Shown here piece by piece: positions 1 to 11,654 of a stretch of DNA of 64,000 nt. The stretch comes from Azolla caroliniana. Its lineage: Eukaryota > Plantae > Polypodiophyta. Position numbers and translations under genes: made by a program. The notes beneath the pieces are model-generated. The model was not told the origin of the DNA, did not search any database, and saw only the letters and a program-made list of their open reading frames with translations. Position 1 is the stretch's first letter. Each line of letters starts with the position of its first letter. The DNA is taken from assembly GCA_043228905.1 (NCBI GenBank), contig JBHGNT010000002.1:2232001-2296000 (forward strand), given 5' to 3'.

Positions 1-866
1 CACTTCATTCTGCTCACTAATCAACAACATTTCTTCCTCGCTGTCATGATAGCTGAGGTGCCTTTCCTCTTTGGAATTTTATTCAACTTTGCACCATCAA
101 CTCCCCCTTTCTCTTTCCTGAAGTGTCGACAATTGTTTTGGAAGTGCCCCGACTTCCCACAATAGAAGCATGTGGGCCTTCCTCTCGACTTTGACCTCGT
201 CCCTAACTTATCCCAAGTATGGGGACTTCTATTTCGGCCACTCCCCTAGTTCATGTCACCTTCTGTGACTAAGGCCTTCGGGTTGGTAATGGGCTCTCTA
301 TCCTTCTGGCGAGCTTCCTCGTTCAACAAGCTCAACTTCATCATCTCTAGGGATAGGTGTTTCCTTTTCGGTCCGACGTTGTGCAATGTGACAACTAGCA
401 TTTCCCAACTGTCCGGAAGGAATCCCAGCAACAACAACGCTAATACCTCGTCGGCAAGAGGTACTTCTAGAGAGGTGGTCTGATTGATAAGTGCTTGGAA
501 GACGTTCAGATGCTCTGCCATGCTGATATGTCATTCTTACGATATTCTAGAAGACTGATACTTTGTTGAAGACATTCTTGTTCTCAAACATTATGCCGAT
601 CTTCTTCTAGAGGACATTTGTCTTTGTCTCTTCATTAAAGTTGTTATATAGACACATGTCTATAAAACACCTTATGTAAGCCATTCAAATGCATAACCTC
701 CTAGGTTGATGCATTGATCTTGTTTGGCCTTTTATCTCCGAACTGCACTAGCAACCAAAGATCTCTACACACCATGTCCCTCATCTTCGACTTCCACACT
801 GAATAGTTGGATCCGGTTAACTTGAACATTCCTCCGAGATGTTTGTCCATCGCTCTGATACCAGTT
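1..866 (-). mobile_element. Copia element A, internal 5' part (degenerate gag), truncated by the window start
   Basis: Minus-strand gag remnants (MFKLTGSNYSVWKSKMRDM, LALLLLGFLPDSWEMLV, zinc knuckle CFYCGKSGHFQNNC) with stops and frameshifts; homologous to gag of the Copia at 2782-8126. Confidence 0.85.
852..863 (-). promoter_or_regulatory. Primer binding site (tRNA-iMet) of Copia A
   Basis: gctctgatacca is the reverse complement of TGGTATCAGAGC and lies 3 nt from the LTR end. Confidence 0.9.
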
Positions 867-1353
867 TGTTGAAGATACCAGCGGCCACAACTGGTTGATA
901 TACATGCTTACTGTTAGGAACAATACTAAGATAGAGAAGGAATTAGTACTAAAAGATGAGGATTAGTACTAAAAGAGGTTTAGAACTCTCGAGAGGAGGA
1001 AAGAGTGAGAGAGAGATATATATTGAGAGAGAGAGAGAGAGAGAGAGAATGATGATAACAAAAGGTATGCATTATGTGAAGAGAATATACAACAGTAGCT
1101 AGGAGGCTTAAGACTGACATTGAACCGATTTGGTTCTTGATAATGCCATATGCCTCTTTTTATAGTGGCTTTAGGAATACTCTTGACATTTCTAGAATGT
1201 TCTAGAGAAATCTAAAATATACATGGATATCCTAAGTGAAATAATGAATGGAAGTAATATTTTTTGTATTATAACTTATAGCTTAATGGTAAGGCTTTTG
1301 CTCATGTGCCACAATGTCATGGGTTCAAATCCTTTTGAAGCCATACATGCTAT
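867..1353 (-). repeat. 5' LTR of Copia A (partial, cut off by the next LTR at 1354)
   Basis: Begins tgttg next to the PBS; minus-strand TATA (ctataaaaag) near 1155-1165; GA microsatellite. Confidence 0.7.
1272..1343 (+). ncRNA. tRNA-like (Pol III A/B-box) module inside the Copia A LTR
   Basis: A box TAGCTTAATGG at 1279-1289 with a D-arm-like stem; B box GGTTCAAATCC at 1322-1332; anticodon and acceptor stems degenerate. Confidence 0.55.
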
Positions 1354-1710
1354 TGTTAGGATCTCGGTCCCTCCAAATGGGATATGAAGGCACGACATCG
1401 GAAGACCTGGTGAGAATTGGATGTGGAGTACCCGACAACGGAAGACCCGATGAGAACCGGATGTGGAGTACCTAGAACCAGATGATGCAGACCCGGTGAG
1501 AACCGGATGACGAGTACCTGGCAAGGAAGACCCGGTGAGAACCGGATGTTGCAGGCCCGGTGAGAACCTATCATCGAATGAAGGGACATATATGTAGATA
1601 TGTTTCTGAGAGCCCATTGGGGCATTAATATAAATGTGACCTAGGGCAAACAATGTATTGAATATAATTGATGTTATTATCTTTTTATAGTGTAATTGGT
1701 GTAACGACTG

Positions 1711-1758
<48 letters not shown>

Positions 1759-2033
1759 CAGAGCATGTCTCTGTTGTAACCGCCACCAGGCGAAGATTGT
1801 GAGCAAGAGGTCGTTGCCTCTATGCTCCCTGTTGTACTCCTTGACATAGTGATACTTTGGTGTCTGCGGACACCCGTGGTTTTTTTCCCTCTCAGGGTTT
1901 TCCACATTAACATCCTGTGTATTCTCTTTCTGTTTGTGTACTTACCTCCATTCCCATTTCTTCTGTGTTTGATTGTCATCAAGTGATCTACGATTCGGTT
2001 GTTGCCGGAGATTATTCCGCAGATTTCTCGTCA
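1354..2033 (+). repeat. 5' LTR of a second Copia element (A2)
   Basis: TG...CA ends; followed by an iMet PBS; related to the reverse complements of the LTRs at 2782-3395 and 55907-56642; about 40-bp imperfect tandem repeats (gaagacccggtgagaaccggatg) near 1400-1570; TATA near 1628. Confidence 0.85.
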
Positions 2034-2036
2034 AAT

Positions 2037-2048
2037 TGGTATCAGAGC
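2037..2048 (+). promoter_or_regulatory. PBS (tRNA-iMet) of Copia A2
   Basis: TGGTATCAGAGC 3 nt after the LTR end. Confidence 0.9.
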
Positions 2049-2064
2049 GAAACGACACAGAAAA

Positions 2065-2142
2065 ATGGATGATTCGTTGGGAGGCATGTTCAAGCTCACC
2101 GGCTCCAACTACTCAATGTGGAAGTCGAAGATGAGGGACATG
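2065..2142 (+). pseudogene. gag: Copia gag N-terminus, 26 codons, fused to Gypsy gag
   Basis: MDDSLGGMFKLTGSNYSMWKSKMRDM closely matches the gag start of Copia A; Copia similarity ends abruptly at 2142. Confidence 0.8.
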
Positions 2143-2781
2143 CCATTCCAATATCCCAGATACCGGGATGATTCGGACGTGGAAGCTCACGTCCATGCGT
2201 TTCAACAGACCTGGGAGGCAAACCATGTGTCCCAACGCTTAAATGCAGCTGAAGAGGAACGCTCAAAAAGGGCAGAGTTTGGTATGACCCTGGAGGGACC
2301 GGCCTCCAGATGGCACTGAACACAAGATCCCAACACCATCCCCATGTTTGAAACATTAAAGAATTTTTTTTTGCATTTCTTTCACAAGGAGATGGACCAA
2401 CGGGAAATGGTAGGCTTATTTTACAGTATCCGGCAGGAACCAACGAAGAACATTCAACAGTTTGTCATCCGGTTCCAACGGATCCACAATCAGCTTAGCC
2501 GAACACCACCGAAGGAAGAAACAAAGGCCATATTCTTAGCAGCACTCTGGGAACCCTTACGAACGGTGTGCACCGTCATTGATTTCCGCACCATCAGCAT
2601 AGATCAAGTGATCGACCGAGTTCGGGAAATGGAAAACTCAAGTTCATGGATAACCATGGGCGCACTTCAGCGTGCACTACCGACAGATGAGGACCTTCGT
2701 TGCCGGCAAGCAGTTCAATGTACGACATGCCTGAATGCCGGACATTCGGCGCTGGAATGCACCATGCGTTCCCAATGCTTG

Positions 2782-3395
2782 TGTTGGGAATCGATGCTTC
2801 GATTCACCTTCTTCCTTTCGGCCACAACCGAGTAATCGCGGATCAATGCAGCAGAAAATAGAAACCAAAAGAGAGAAACACACGAGTACACAGGGATTAA
2901 CGTGGAAAACCCTAGATGGGAAAAACCACGGGAGTACAAGACTCCAAACAACACTATACAAGAGAAGTATACAATGACGAGCTCCAAGGCGACGACCTTG
3001 AGCTCGCTGTCCTCGCCACAGGTGGCGGAAATACACAGAGGCGTCGTCCTCTTCCTCTCTCGCGCTCTATCTCTCACTCTCTCTCTCTCACGGCTGCTCC
3101 CTCTTCTCTCCTCTTGAGTGGAAAAACAGAAAAATGATTAGCAACAACAAAACTATTTGCCCTAAGTCATATTTATACATATATGACTTTGGGGCTATTT
3201 ACAACTATAGCCTCAGGGGCCCTTAGCGGACATATTCACGGATATGTCCCTGCATTCGGATCTCTCTCCGGGTACATTCGTCATCCGGCACCGAAGCCGG
3301 GGTCTTCAACATCCGGATCCGAAACCGAAACCGGGCTCGTCGGCATTCATCTCCGACATCCGACCATCCCATCCGAAGGGATCGTAATCCCAACA
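2782..3395 (-). repeat. 3' LTR of the Tnt1-like Copia
   Basis: TGTTGGGA...TCCCAACA; direct repeat of 7513-8126. Confidence 0.97.
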
Positions 3396-3405
3396 AACTC
3401 CCCCT

Positions 3406-6400
3406 TCACTTCGGCATGGGATGTCTTTCCAAACCGATCCTCTTCCGGCATGCTTCCAGCTTGTCGGGTGTGAGGACCTTGGTCAGCATATCCGACCCGT
3501 TCTCGTCCGTGTGGATCTTTGTCAGCACGAACTCCTTGTCTTCTATCCTTTCCCGGATCCAGTGATATCTTCGCTGGATGTGCTTCGTCCGGGAGTGATA
3601 GGCCGCGTTCTTCGCAAGGTGGATTGCACTCTGACTGTCACAGTAGAGTCGGTACTCCTCCTGCCGGATACCGAGCTCTCTAATGAAGTCCTTCATCCAT
3701 ATTACTTCCTTGCCGGCTTCAACAGCCGCCATGTACTCCGCCTCCGTAGTTGACAACGCAACCGTCTTCTGCAGCCTCGACTGCCATGAAACAACTCCCC
3801 CTGCATACGTCATCACATACCTTGATGTGGACCGGCTGGTATCTGCATCAGCCGACATATCCGAATCGGTAAAGCCGTCGAGTTCGGGCTTACCGGAGCC
3901 GAATCGGAGGCACACGTTTGCCGTGCCCTTCAGGTATCGGAGTATCCACTTGGCCGCGTTCCAATGCTCTTTGCCGGGATTGCTCATGTACCGGCTCACC
4001 ACTCCGACTGCATATCCGATGTCCGGTCTCGTACACACCATGGCGTACATCAAGCTCCCGACGGCTGAGGCATATGGCACTTTCATCATATCCTCCTTTT
4101 CAGCCTTTGTCTTGGGACTTTGCTTGTTGGACAGCTTGCAGTTTGCCGGGAGGGTCGATCCGACCGGTCTTGCTTCCGACATGTTGAACCGGTGAAGCAC
4201 CTTCGTCACGTACTTCTCCTGTGACAGCCACAACTGCTTCTTCTTCCGGTCCCGGATGATGTGCATCCCTAGTATTTGCCTCGCCGGACCCAAGTCCTTC
4301 ATTGAGAAGGTTCGGTGAAGAGCCTTCTTCAGCATCCGTATCTTGACCTGGTCCCGTCCGACGATCAACATGTCGTCCACGTACAGGAGGAGTATTAGGA
4401 AGTCTCCTCCTTCGAACTTCTTCACAAACACGCAGTGGTCGGACTGCGTTTTGAGGTACCCTTCGTCGGTCATGAAGGAGTCGAATTTCCGGTACCATTG
4501 CCGGGGAGCCTGCTTCAGTCCGTAAAGGCTCTTCTTCAACCGGCATACCAGGTGCTCCTTCCCTTTCTTCTCGAATCCTTCCGGTTGCTGCATGTAGATC
4601 TCTTCATCGAGGTCACCGTGAAGGAATGCCGTCTTCACGTCCATCTGTTCTACCTCGAGGTCCATGCTTGCCGCTATGCTCAGCACCGTCCGGATGGAGG
4701 TCATCTTCACTACCAGGGCAAATATCTCGTCGAAGTCGACGCCCTTCTTCTGCTGAAACCCCTTCACCACGATCCTGGCTTTGTATCTCGGGGGGTTTCC
4801 GGCATCTCCCGGTTTCAGCTTGAACACCCACTTGTTTCGAAGTGCCCGCTTTCCTTTCGGCAACTCCACAAGTTCATATGTGTGGTTCTCATGCAGGGAA
4901 TCCATCTCGTCCTGCATGGCACTCAACCACCTGCGGCTCTGGGTGTCGTGCTTTGCTTCTTCAAAGCTCTCCGGCTCCCCCTCGTCGGTTAGCAGCACGT
5001 GCTCTGGATCCGGAAATCTCCGGGGGGCCCTCCTCTCTCTTAGAGGATATCTCCGTTCGGGAGCTTCGGTAATCGGTTCTTCCGATTCTTCTTCTTCATC
5101 CGAATCCATTTCGGGATCGGGGCCGGTTCCGGTATCATTTTCATCTTCTTCGGCCGGTTCTGTTTCTTCACCGTCTTCGGCCGGATCCTCGAGTGCTAAC
5201 CGGTCCCTTGCCGGTCGGGACTGCTCCTCGTAGAGTTGATCCTCACCGGTCGACTTGGAGCTCTTCATCTTCGTCTCCGACTCCCAGTCGGCGAGTGTCT
5301 TGTCCTCCATGAAGATGATGTCTCGACTCCTGAATATCTTCTTGTCGACCGGGTCCCATACTCGGTAGCCGAACTCGTCGTCGCCGTAACCGAGGAATAT
5401 GCATGGCCGGGTCTTTGGATCTAGCTTTCCTCTCCGGTCCTTTGCCACATGCACGTATGCGAGACACCCGAACACCTTCAGATGCCGGTAGGACACTTCC
5501 TTACCGGTCCACACTTTCTGCGGCGTGTCTCCATCCAAAGGCACTGAGGGTGATCTGTTTATCACGTATGTCGCCGTCGACATTGCCTCAGCCCAAAACC
5601 CCTTGGGTAATTTCGCATGCGCCAGCATACTCCGGACCCGCTCCATTATGGTCCGGTTCATCCTCTCGGCCAGCCCGTTCAGTTCCGGCGTCTTCGGCAC
5701 AGTAAACTCGAGTCGGATTCCCTTCGAGCGACAGTACTCCTGGAACTGTCCCCGGTATTCCCCTCCGTTATCCGCTCGTATCGCTTTCAGCTTCTTGCCG
5801 GATTCTCTTTCCACTCTCGCGTGGAGTTCTTTGAAGACGGACAACACTTGGTCCTTTGTCTTCATCGGTGCCGTCCACAGTCTTCGGCTATGATCATCTA
5901 TGAAAGTTACGAAGTACTGGGCTCCGCCATGTGACTTCGTTTCTACCTGACACACATCGGTGTGCACCAACTCCAATGGTGCGCTACGTCTCGTCGGTGG
6001 CCTTGAGTGGAAGGAGGTTCGGTTCTGCTTACCGGCCAGGCAATCGGTGCACTTCTCCAGGTGCACATGCTTCACTGGAATAAGGTTGTCTTCTGCAAGC
6101 CTCTTCATCCCCTTCTCACTCATGTGACACAGTCTTTTGTGCCACAGCTCACCGGCAGTGTCGGCTGCCACATTCAGCTCTTCCGGACATAACCGGGCAT
6201 TCATCAGGTACAGTGTGTTGATCTTCCGGGCCCGAGCCACTATCAGGCTCCCCTTGCTGAACTTCATTACGCCGTTCCAGATGCTACCTGTGTAGCCTTC
6301 ATCGTCTAGCCTCCCGGCCGAAATCAGGTTCAATCGAACCTCCGGAACGTGTCGGACATCCTTCAGCAGCATTTTGCATCCGGTCGGGGTTGTCAACCAC

Positions 6401-7482
6401 ACGTCTCCTATGCCGGCAATCCGGCACGTACCTTCATTTCCCATCCGAACACAGCCATGCTCACCGGCTGTGTAGGATGAGAAGTATCTTCTCTCCGGGG
6501 TCAGGTGGAACGATGCTCCGGAATCGACCACCCAGGTCGTCTCATCGCCGGCAACGTTTAGTTCACCTTCTTCGGTGATGAGCATGATTTCTTCCTCACT
6601 TGCCTCGAGTGCCGTTGTTCCTTTCCGGTCCTGCCCTCGCCGATCCGAACCTCTCCGGTCCGTGGCTCCCCGGTATGCACCGTTTCTCTCCGGTGACTTC
6701 TTCGAATCGGTGTCGTCGGCTCCGTTGTCTTTTCGGTAATGCCGACAATTCTTTCGGAAGTGCCCCGGTTTCCCACAGTGGAAGCATGTGGGCCTTCCTC
6801 TTGACTGCGACCGGGTCCCCGACTTCTCCCGTCTTTGCGGACTCCGGTTCCATTGTCTTCCCCGATCCGATTCGGTAAGCAGCGCCTTCGGGTCGAAGGC
6901 CGGTTCTTTATCTCTCCGACGCGCTTCTTCGTTCAAAATACTTGTCTTTACCGTTTGCAAGGACAAGTTATCTTCTGTGCAGGAGGTGCTGAGAGTCACC
7001 ACCAAGTTCTCCCAGCTTTCCGGCAATGTACACATCAGGATGATGGCTTGCATTGCATCCTCCAACGGGAACTTGATCGCCGCAAGCTGATTCACGAATC
7101 CCATGAACGTGCTTACGTGTTCCACCATACTCTCGCCGTCCCGGTACTTGAGATTCACTATCTTCCTCATCAGGGAGGTTCGGTTCAACGCATTCTTCCT
7201 CTCATAGAGGCCCGACGGCTTCCGCCACATCTCATATGCGTTGGTGTCGTTCGCCACATGTTGTAGAACGCTCACGTCGATGTATTGCCGAATGGTTGCA
7301 ACGGCTTTCCGGTTCAGAAGCCTCCATTCCGACTCAAGTACCCCTTTCGGTATTTCCGACCTGTCAATCGGTTCGTACAGGTCCCGAACAATCAGAAGAT
7401 CCTCCATCTTGATCTTCCAGTCGGCGTAATTCTGCGCAGTCAGCACCATCATCCCCGACTGCCCGCTGCCGCCGCCTTCCAT
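3406..7482 (-). CDS. Copia Gag-Pol polyprotein (Gag-PR-IN-RT-RH), 1358 aa
   Basis: Likely start MEGGG just after the PBS; CFHCGKPGHFRKNC, WVVDSGAS, HKRLCH/CTDC, IN D-D-E, RT YVDD, RH TDSD and EAEY. Confidence 0.95.
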   Translation of the reverse strand: MEGGGSGQSGMMVLTAQNYADWKIKMEDLLIVRDLYEPIDRSEIPKGVLESEWRLLNRKAVATIRQYIDVSVLQHVANDTNAYEMWRKPSGLYERKNALNRTSLMRKIVNLKYRDGESMVEHVSTFMGFVNQLAAIKFPLEDAMQAIILMCTLPESWENLVVTLSTSCTEDNLSLQTVKTSILNEEARRRDKEPAFDPKALLTESDRGRQWNRSPQRREKSGTRSQSRGRPTCFHCGKPGHFRKNCRHYRKDNGADDTDSKKSPERNGAYRGATDRRGSDRRGQDRKGTTALEASEEEIMLITEEGELNVAGDETTWVVDSGASFHLTPERRYFSSYTAGEHGCVRMGNEGTCRIAGIGDVWLTTPTGCKMLLKDVRHVPEVRLNLISAGRLDDEGYTGSIWNGVMKFSKGSLIVARARKINTLYLMNARLCPEELNVAADTAGELWHKRLCHMSEKGMKRLAEDNLIPVKHVHLEKCTDCLAGKQNRTSFHSRPPTRRSAPLELVHTDVCQVETKSHGGAQYFVTFIDDHSRRLWTAPMKTKDQVLSVFKELHARVERESGKKLKAIRADNGGEYRGQFQEYCRSKGIRLEFTVPKTPELNGLAERMNRTIMERVRSMLAHAKLPKGFWAEAMSTATYVINRSPSVPLDGDTPQKVWTGKEVSYRHLKVFGCLAYVHVAKDRRGKLDPKTRPCIFLGYGDDEFGYRVWDPVDKKIFRSRDIIFMEDKTLADWESETKMKSSKSTGEDQLYEEQSRPARDRLALEDPAEDGEETEPAEEDENDTGTGPDPEMDSDEEEESEEPITEAPERRYPLRERRAPRRFPDPEHVLLTDEGEPESFEEAKHDTQSRRWLSAMQDEMDSLHENHTYELVELPKGKRALRNKWVFKLKPGDAGNPPRYKARIVVKGFQQKKGVDFDEIFALVVKMTSIRTVLSIAASMDLEVEQMDVKTAFLHGDLDEEIYMQQPEGFEKKGKEHLVCRLKKSLYGLKQAPRQWYRKFDSFMTDEGYLKTQSDHCVFVKKFEGGDFLILLLYVDDMLIVGRDQVKIRMLKKALHRTFSMKDLGPARQILGMHIIRDRKKKQLWLSQEKYVTKVLHRFNMSEARPVGSTLPANCKLSNKQSPKTKAEKEDMMKVPYASAVGSLMYAMVCTRPDIGYAVGVVSRYMSNPGKEHWNAAKWILRYLKGTANVCLRFGSGKPELDGFTDSDMSADADTSRSTSRYVMTYAGGVVSWQSRLQKTVALSTTEAEYMAAVEAGKEVIWMKDFIRELGIRQEEYRLYCDSQSAIHLAKNAAYHSRTKHIQRRYHWIRERIEDKEFVLTKIHTDENGSDMLTKVLTPDKLEACRKRIGLERHPMPK

Positions 7483-7512
7483 TTTCTGCAGCAACCCGCT
7501 CTGATACCAGTT

Positions 7513-8126
7513 TGTTGGGAATCGATGCTTCGATTCACCTTCTTCCTTTCGGCCACAACCGAGTAATCGCGGATCAATGCAGCAGAAAATAGAAACCAAA
7601 AGAGAGAAACACACGAGTACACAGGGATTAACGTGGAAAACCCTAGATGGGAAAAACCACGGGAGTACAAGACTCCAAACAACACTATACAAGAGAAGTA
7701 TACAATGACGAGCTCCAAGGCGACGACCTTGAGCTCGCTGTCCTCGCCACAGGCGGCGGAAATACACAGAGGCGTCGTCCTCTTCCTCTCTCGCGCTCTA
7801 TCTCTCACTCTCTCTCTCTCACGGCTGCTCCCTCTTCTCTCCTCTTGAGTGGAAAAACAGAAAAATGATTAGCAACAACAAAACTATTTGCCCTAAGTCA
7901 TATTTATACATATATGACTTTGGGGCTATTTACAACTATAGCCTCAGGGGCCCTTAGCGGACATATTCACGGATATGTCCCTGCATCCGGATCTCTCTCC
8001 GGGTACATTCGTCATCCGGCACCGAAGCCGGGGTCTTCAACATCCGGATCCGAAACCGAAACCGGGCTCGTCGGCATTCATCTCCGACATCCGACCATCC
8101 CATCCGAAGGGATCGTAATCCCAACA
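7513..8126 (-). repeat. 5' LTR of the Tnt1-like Copia
   Basis: Direct repeat of 2782-3395; adjacent to the PBS. Confidence 0.97.
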
Positions 8127-8926
8127 GCTTGCTCTGCCACTCCAGAAGTCACACAATGGAACGGTGTGAGTATAACTTGTTAAATCGACACGCACCACCG
8201 GTTCAGCAAATTGAACCACGTCGCAACCGGGAGGAAGAAGAAGAACGCTGGTGGCGAGAGGAGCGCTACCGGCCGACACAAGATGTCCGGTACAACGATC
8301 GAAGAGACGCTTATGACCGGTATGCCAGACAAGATAGACACTGAGACTATAATGGACGCTACGAGAGATATAACCGGGATCACTGCCTTGGTTACAACCA
8401 ATGACAAGACGACTATGGCTAGTATGACGACCAACATCGTCAAGGTTACCGAAACAAAAAGAATTTCAACAAGAAATGTCATTTCAACAAAAAGGGGGGT
8501 CATCCATGGGAACCGGAAAAGGACGCTCCAAGCAGCCTAACGGACCAAAACCAAGCACTTACCACAGGATCTCAACCAAGCACAAACGCCGAATCCAGCA
8601 ACACCCGGAAGGCGTACTGCTATTATTGTCGGCAAGAAGGCCACTATAGTAACCAATGTCCGGCGAAGAGCTACGACAAGCGATCGATGGTGAACATGGT
8701 AGACGCGGAAGTCGCGGACATACAACAAGTCACTACAAGATCAAAAGGCAAAGCCACGGAGTGGGAAACTCAAGAAGCCATCCGGAAGGAGGCAACCAAA
8801 TGGGTAAAGAAGGCAAATGAGCGGAATGCGGCAGAGCTCGAACAACAAAAGGAGAATGCCGAAGAGCTCACCGGCCCGGGGCAGCCCGAAAACCCAACAT
8901 GACAGGCGTTACAAGAATGCCAAATA

Positions 8927-11654
8927 ATGTTGCCGTTAGGGCGGTTATTGCAACTGGTACCACGCTTCACGGAAGGACTGAAGACAGGAAGGACGACAGT
9001 CGACACACCACCGGCTCCGGCATTCTTTTCAAATCCGACGGAAGGACTGGCAGTGGTAGACACGAGCAGTCTGGCAATCACAGCCATCGTGAAAGGAAAA
9101 GAGCTACTCGACACAATTATCGATGGAGGATCCGACGTGAACGTGATTAGTCTCCAAACGTGTAACACTCTAGGAATTCATGAGTGGGAACCATGCTCGT
9201 TTTGGCTTCGGATGGTGAACACAAGCTCAATACGGCCGACCGGATTAATACGTGATCTGGAAGTGACCATCGGGGGTCACACATTTCGCATTTCCGCAGT
9301 AGTTCTCCAACTACAGGCTCAGGGAGCTTACCCACTATTGTTGGGATGCCCTTGGTTAAAAACAACACACATCAAGCAAAACTGGAGGAAGAATATCATT
9401 ACGTTCAGGCGTGGAAAAGTGAAAGTGCGAGTACTGACTCAACCACGGTCCGGTACCGGCAAGGAATCAACGTCGCTATATGCGGAATGTGTCAACATGC
9501 TGGAAGGATTGGCGAACGAAGAGGTCGATCAATACTTACAGGAAAATCCGAAGATTGTACCTCTGTTCGAGATTGATGTAGTTGAAGCAGTATCACCGTA
9601 CAAACTGCAACCAGACGGGGCCGATGAGGAACAGGATAAAGAAGCAATCCGGGAATTACGGCAAGCACAGGAAGCACTGGAAAGAGAAATGGCAGTGTCG
9701 CAGCGCGTGAAAGCATCCCAACTAGAAGAGGTAAACCTAGGTACCACAGAGGACGCAAGACCGGTGCACATCGCCAAGGAAATGACCCCGGCGAACAGAA
9801 CGACAATGATCACACTCCTAAAAGAATTTCGCGATGTGTTCGCCTGGTCCTATGAGGACATGCAGGGAGTCGATCCTCAGTTGTATCAACACCAGATACA
9901 TCTGAGTAAAGACACCAAACCGGTAACGCAATGGCGTTACCGGATGAACCTGAATTACGCAACAAAAGTCAAAGAAGAAATCGACAAGTTGCTAAGGGTT
10001 GGCTTCATCCGACCAGTAAAGAAAGCCACATGGCTCAGTCCGATAGTCGTAGTACCGAAAAAAAACGGTAAGATAAGAGTTTGCGTCGACTATTGGAAAT
10101 TAAATGCGGCTACGGTAACGGACGCCTGCCCACTTCTATTCACGGATGGAGTCCTGGATGCGGTCGCCGGTCATGAGGTGTACAATTTTTTGGACGGTTT
10201 CAACGGCTATAATCAGATCCGGATGCACCCCGCCGACCAGGAGAAAACCTCTTTTGTCACCGAATGGAGAGTCTTCGCTGCCGTAGTGATGATGTTCGGA
10301 CTGAAAATGGTGCCGACAACCTTCTAGCGGATCATCATGGAGATTTTCGGAGAATTCATTCCGGCATTCATGTAGGTGTTCTTGGACGACTTCGCTGTTT
10401 ATAGCCAGAAAGGGGAGCACCTTCAGCACCTCCGACTATGTTTGGAGAAATGTAGGGTTTACTGACTAAGCCTGAACCCGGCAAAATGCGTGTTCGGAGT
10501 GGCCAACGGAGCGTTACTTGGCCACATCGTGAGCATGGATGGTATTGCAGTAGATCCGGACAAGGTCAAAGCCCTTTTGGAGGCACCGGCACCAGCCACG
10601 GCAAAGGCATTAAGCCGGTTCTTAGGACAAATTCGGTGGCATAGGCGAATGCTCCGGTATTTGGCAGACCTGGCTACACCATTACATGCCGCGGTACATC
10701 GGACACCATTCCAATGGACGGACACAGAAGACAAGGCTCACCGGGCACTAAAAGTACTGTTGTCACAAGCGCTAGTGGTGCAACCTCCGGATTGGTCTAA
10801 AGAGTTCCATGTGTTCGTTGACGCGTCCGACATCGCAATCGGGAGCGTGCTTATGCAACTTATAGAACCGAAATGGTACCGGCCAGTGTATTATGCCAGC
10901 CGGAAGCTGTCCCAAGCAGAACATAATTATTCCACAACGGAAAGGGAGGTCTTGGGTATGATCTACGATGTCACCAAGTTTAGACACTATCTGTTGGGAA
11001 GGAAATTTTCCTTTCACGTAGATAATTCGGCGCTCCTCTACTTGGTGTCCAAAGCATCACTCACCGGTAAGATGGCCCGGTGGACGTTACTATTACAAGA
11101 ATTTGAGTTCGAGATATTCCACCGACTCGGCATACAACATGCGGTAGCAAACTATTTGAGCCGGTTAGATTCCGGAGAAACCGGCGACGGCGTCCCAGAC
11201 GACTTTCCGGATGCAGAGCTGTTTAGAGTTATAGCAGAAACGACAACGGATGGTACGGTCACAGAGGAAGACAAGTGGCTCACCAACATGCACCAATTTC
11301 TGAGCACAAGCTTACCTCCGGAGGAGATGAACAGAGACGAAAGGAAATGCTTAGTGGTTCAAAGCCGGCACTTTTGTCTATTATAGGACACACTTTACCA
11401 CAAAGGCGCAGATGGCATATGGCGGCGTGCAGTGCACAACGACGAAAAGGATATAATATTGCGTGAAGCACACTGCGGAGTGGCTGGAGGACATTATGCC
11501 GGAGATGCTACGGCAAGGAAAATATGACAGAGTGGACTATGGTGGCCAACAACATTGAAGGATGCAGTCCGGTATGCTAAAGAATGCGACCTATGTCAGC
11601 GAATGGGCCAACCAACCGAACACGCTAGGATGCCTCACCAGCCCGTGCTACCGT
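8927..11654 (+). pseudogene. pol: Gypsy B pol (PR-RT-RH-IN start), disrupted
   Basis: ORFs 8927-10327 and 10490-11386 are in the same frame, separated by in-frame stops. Confidence 0.85.

Larger units (their letters stand above)
2782..8126 (-). mobile_element. Full-length young Ty1/Copia element (Tnt1/Tork-like)
   Basis: Two 614-bp LTRs (2 differences seen); 5-bp TSD GCTTG at 2777-2781 and 8127-8131; iMet PBS 7498-7509; PPT 3396-3410; single open polyprotein. Confidence 0.97.
2143..11654 (+). mobile_element. Degenerate Ty3/Gypsy element B (non-chromovirus, Tat/Selgy-like), interrupted by the Copia at 2782-8126
   Basis: Gag with CCHC knuckles; protease IIDGGSDVNVI; RT (VFAWSYEDM, WLSPIVVVPKKNGKIRVCVDY, FLDD); RNase H (FVDASDIAIG, YSTTERE); start of the integrase zinc finger; many stops; no LTR of its own in the window. 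Confidence 0.85.

Noticed and set aside
7483-7767. 95-aa N-terminal extension of the Copia ORF
   Set aside because: Lies in the LTR and PBS and starts at a non-ATG codon; the real start is probably the ATG at 7482.
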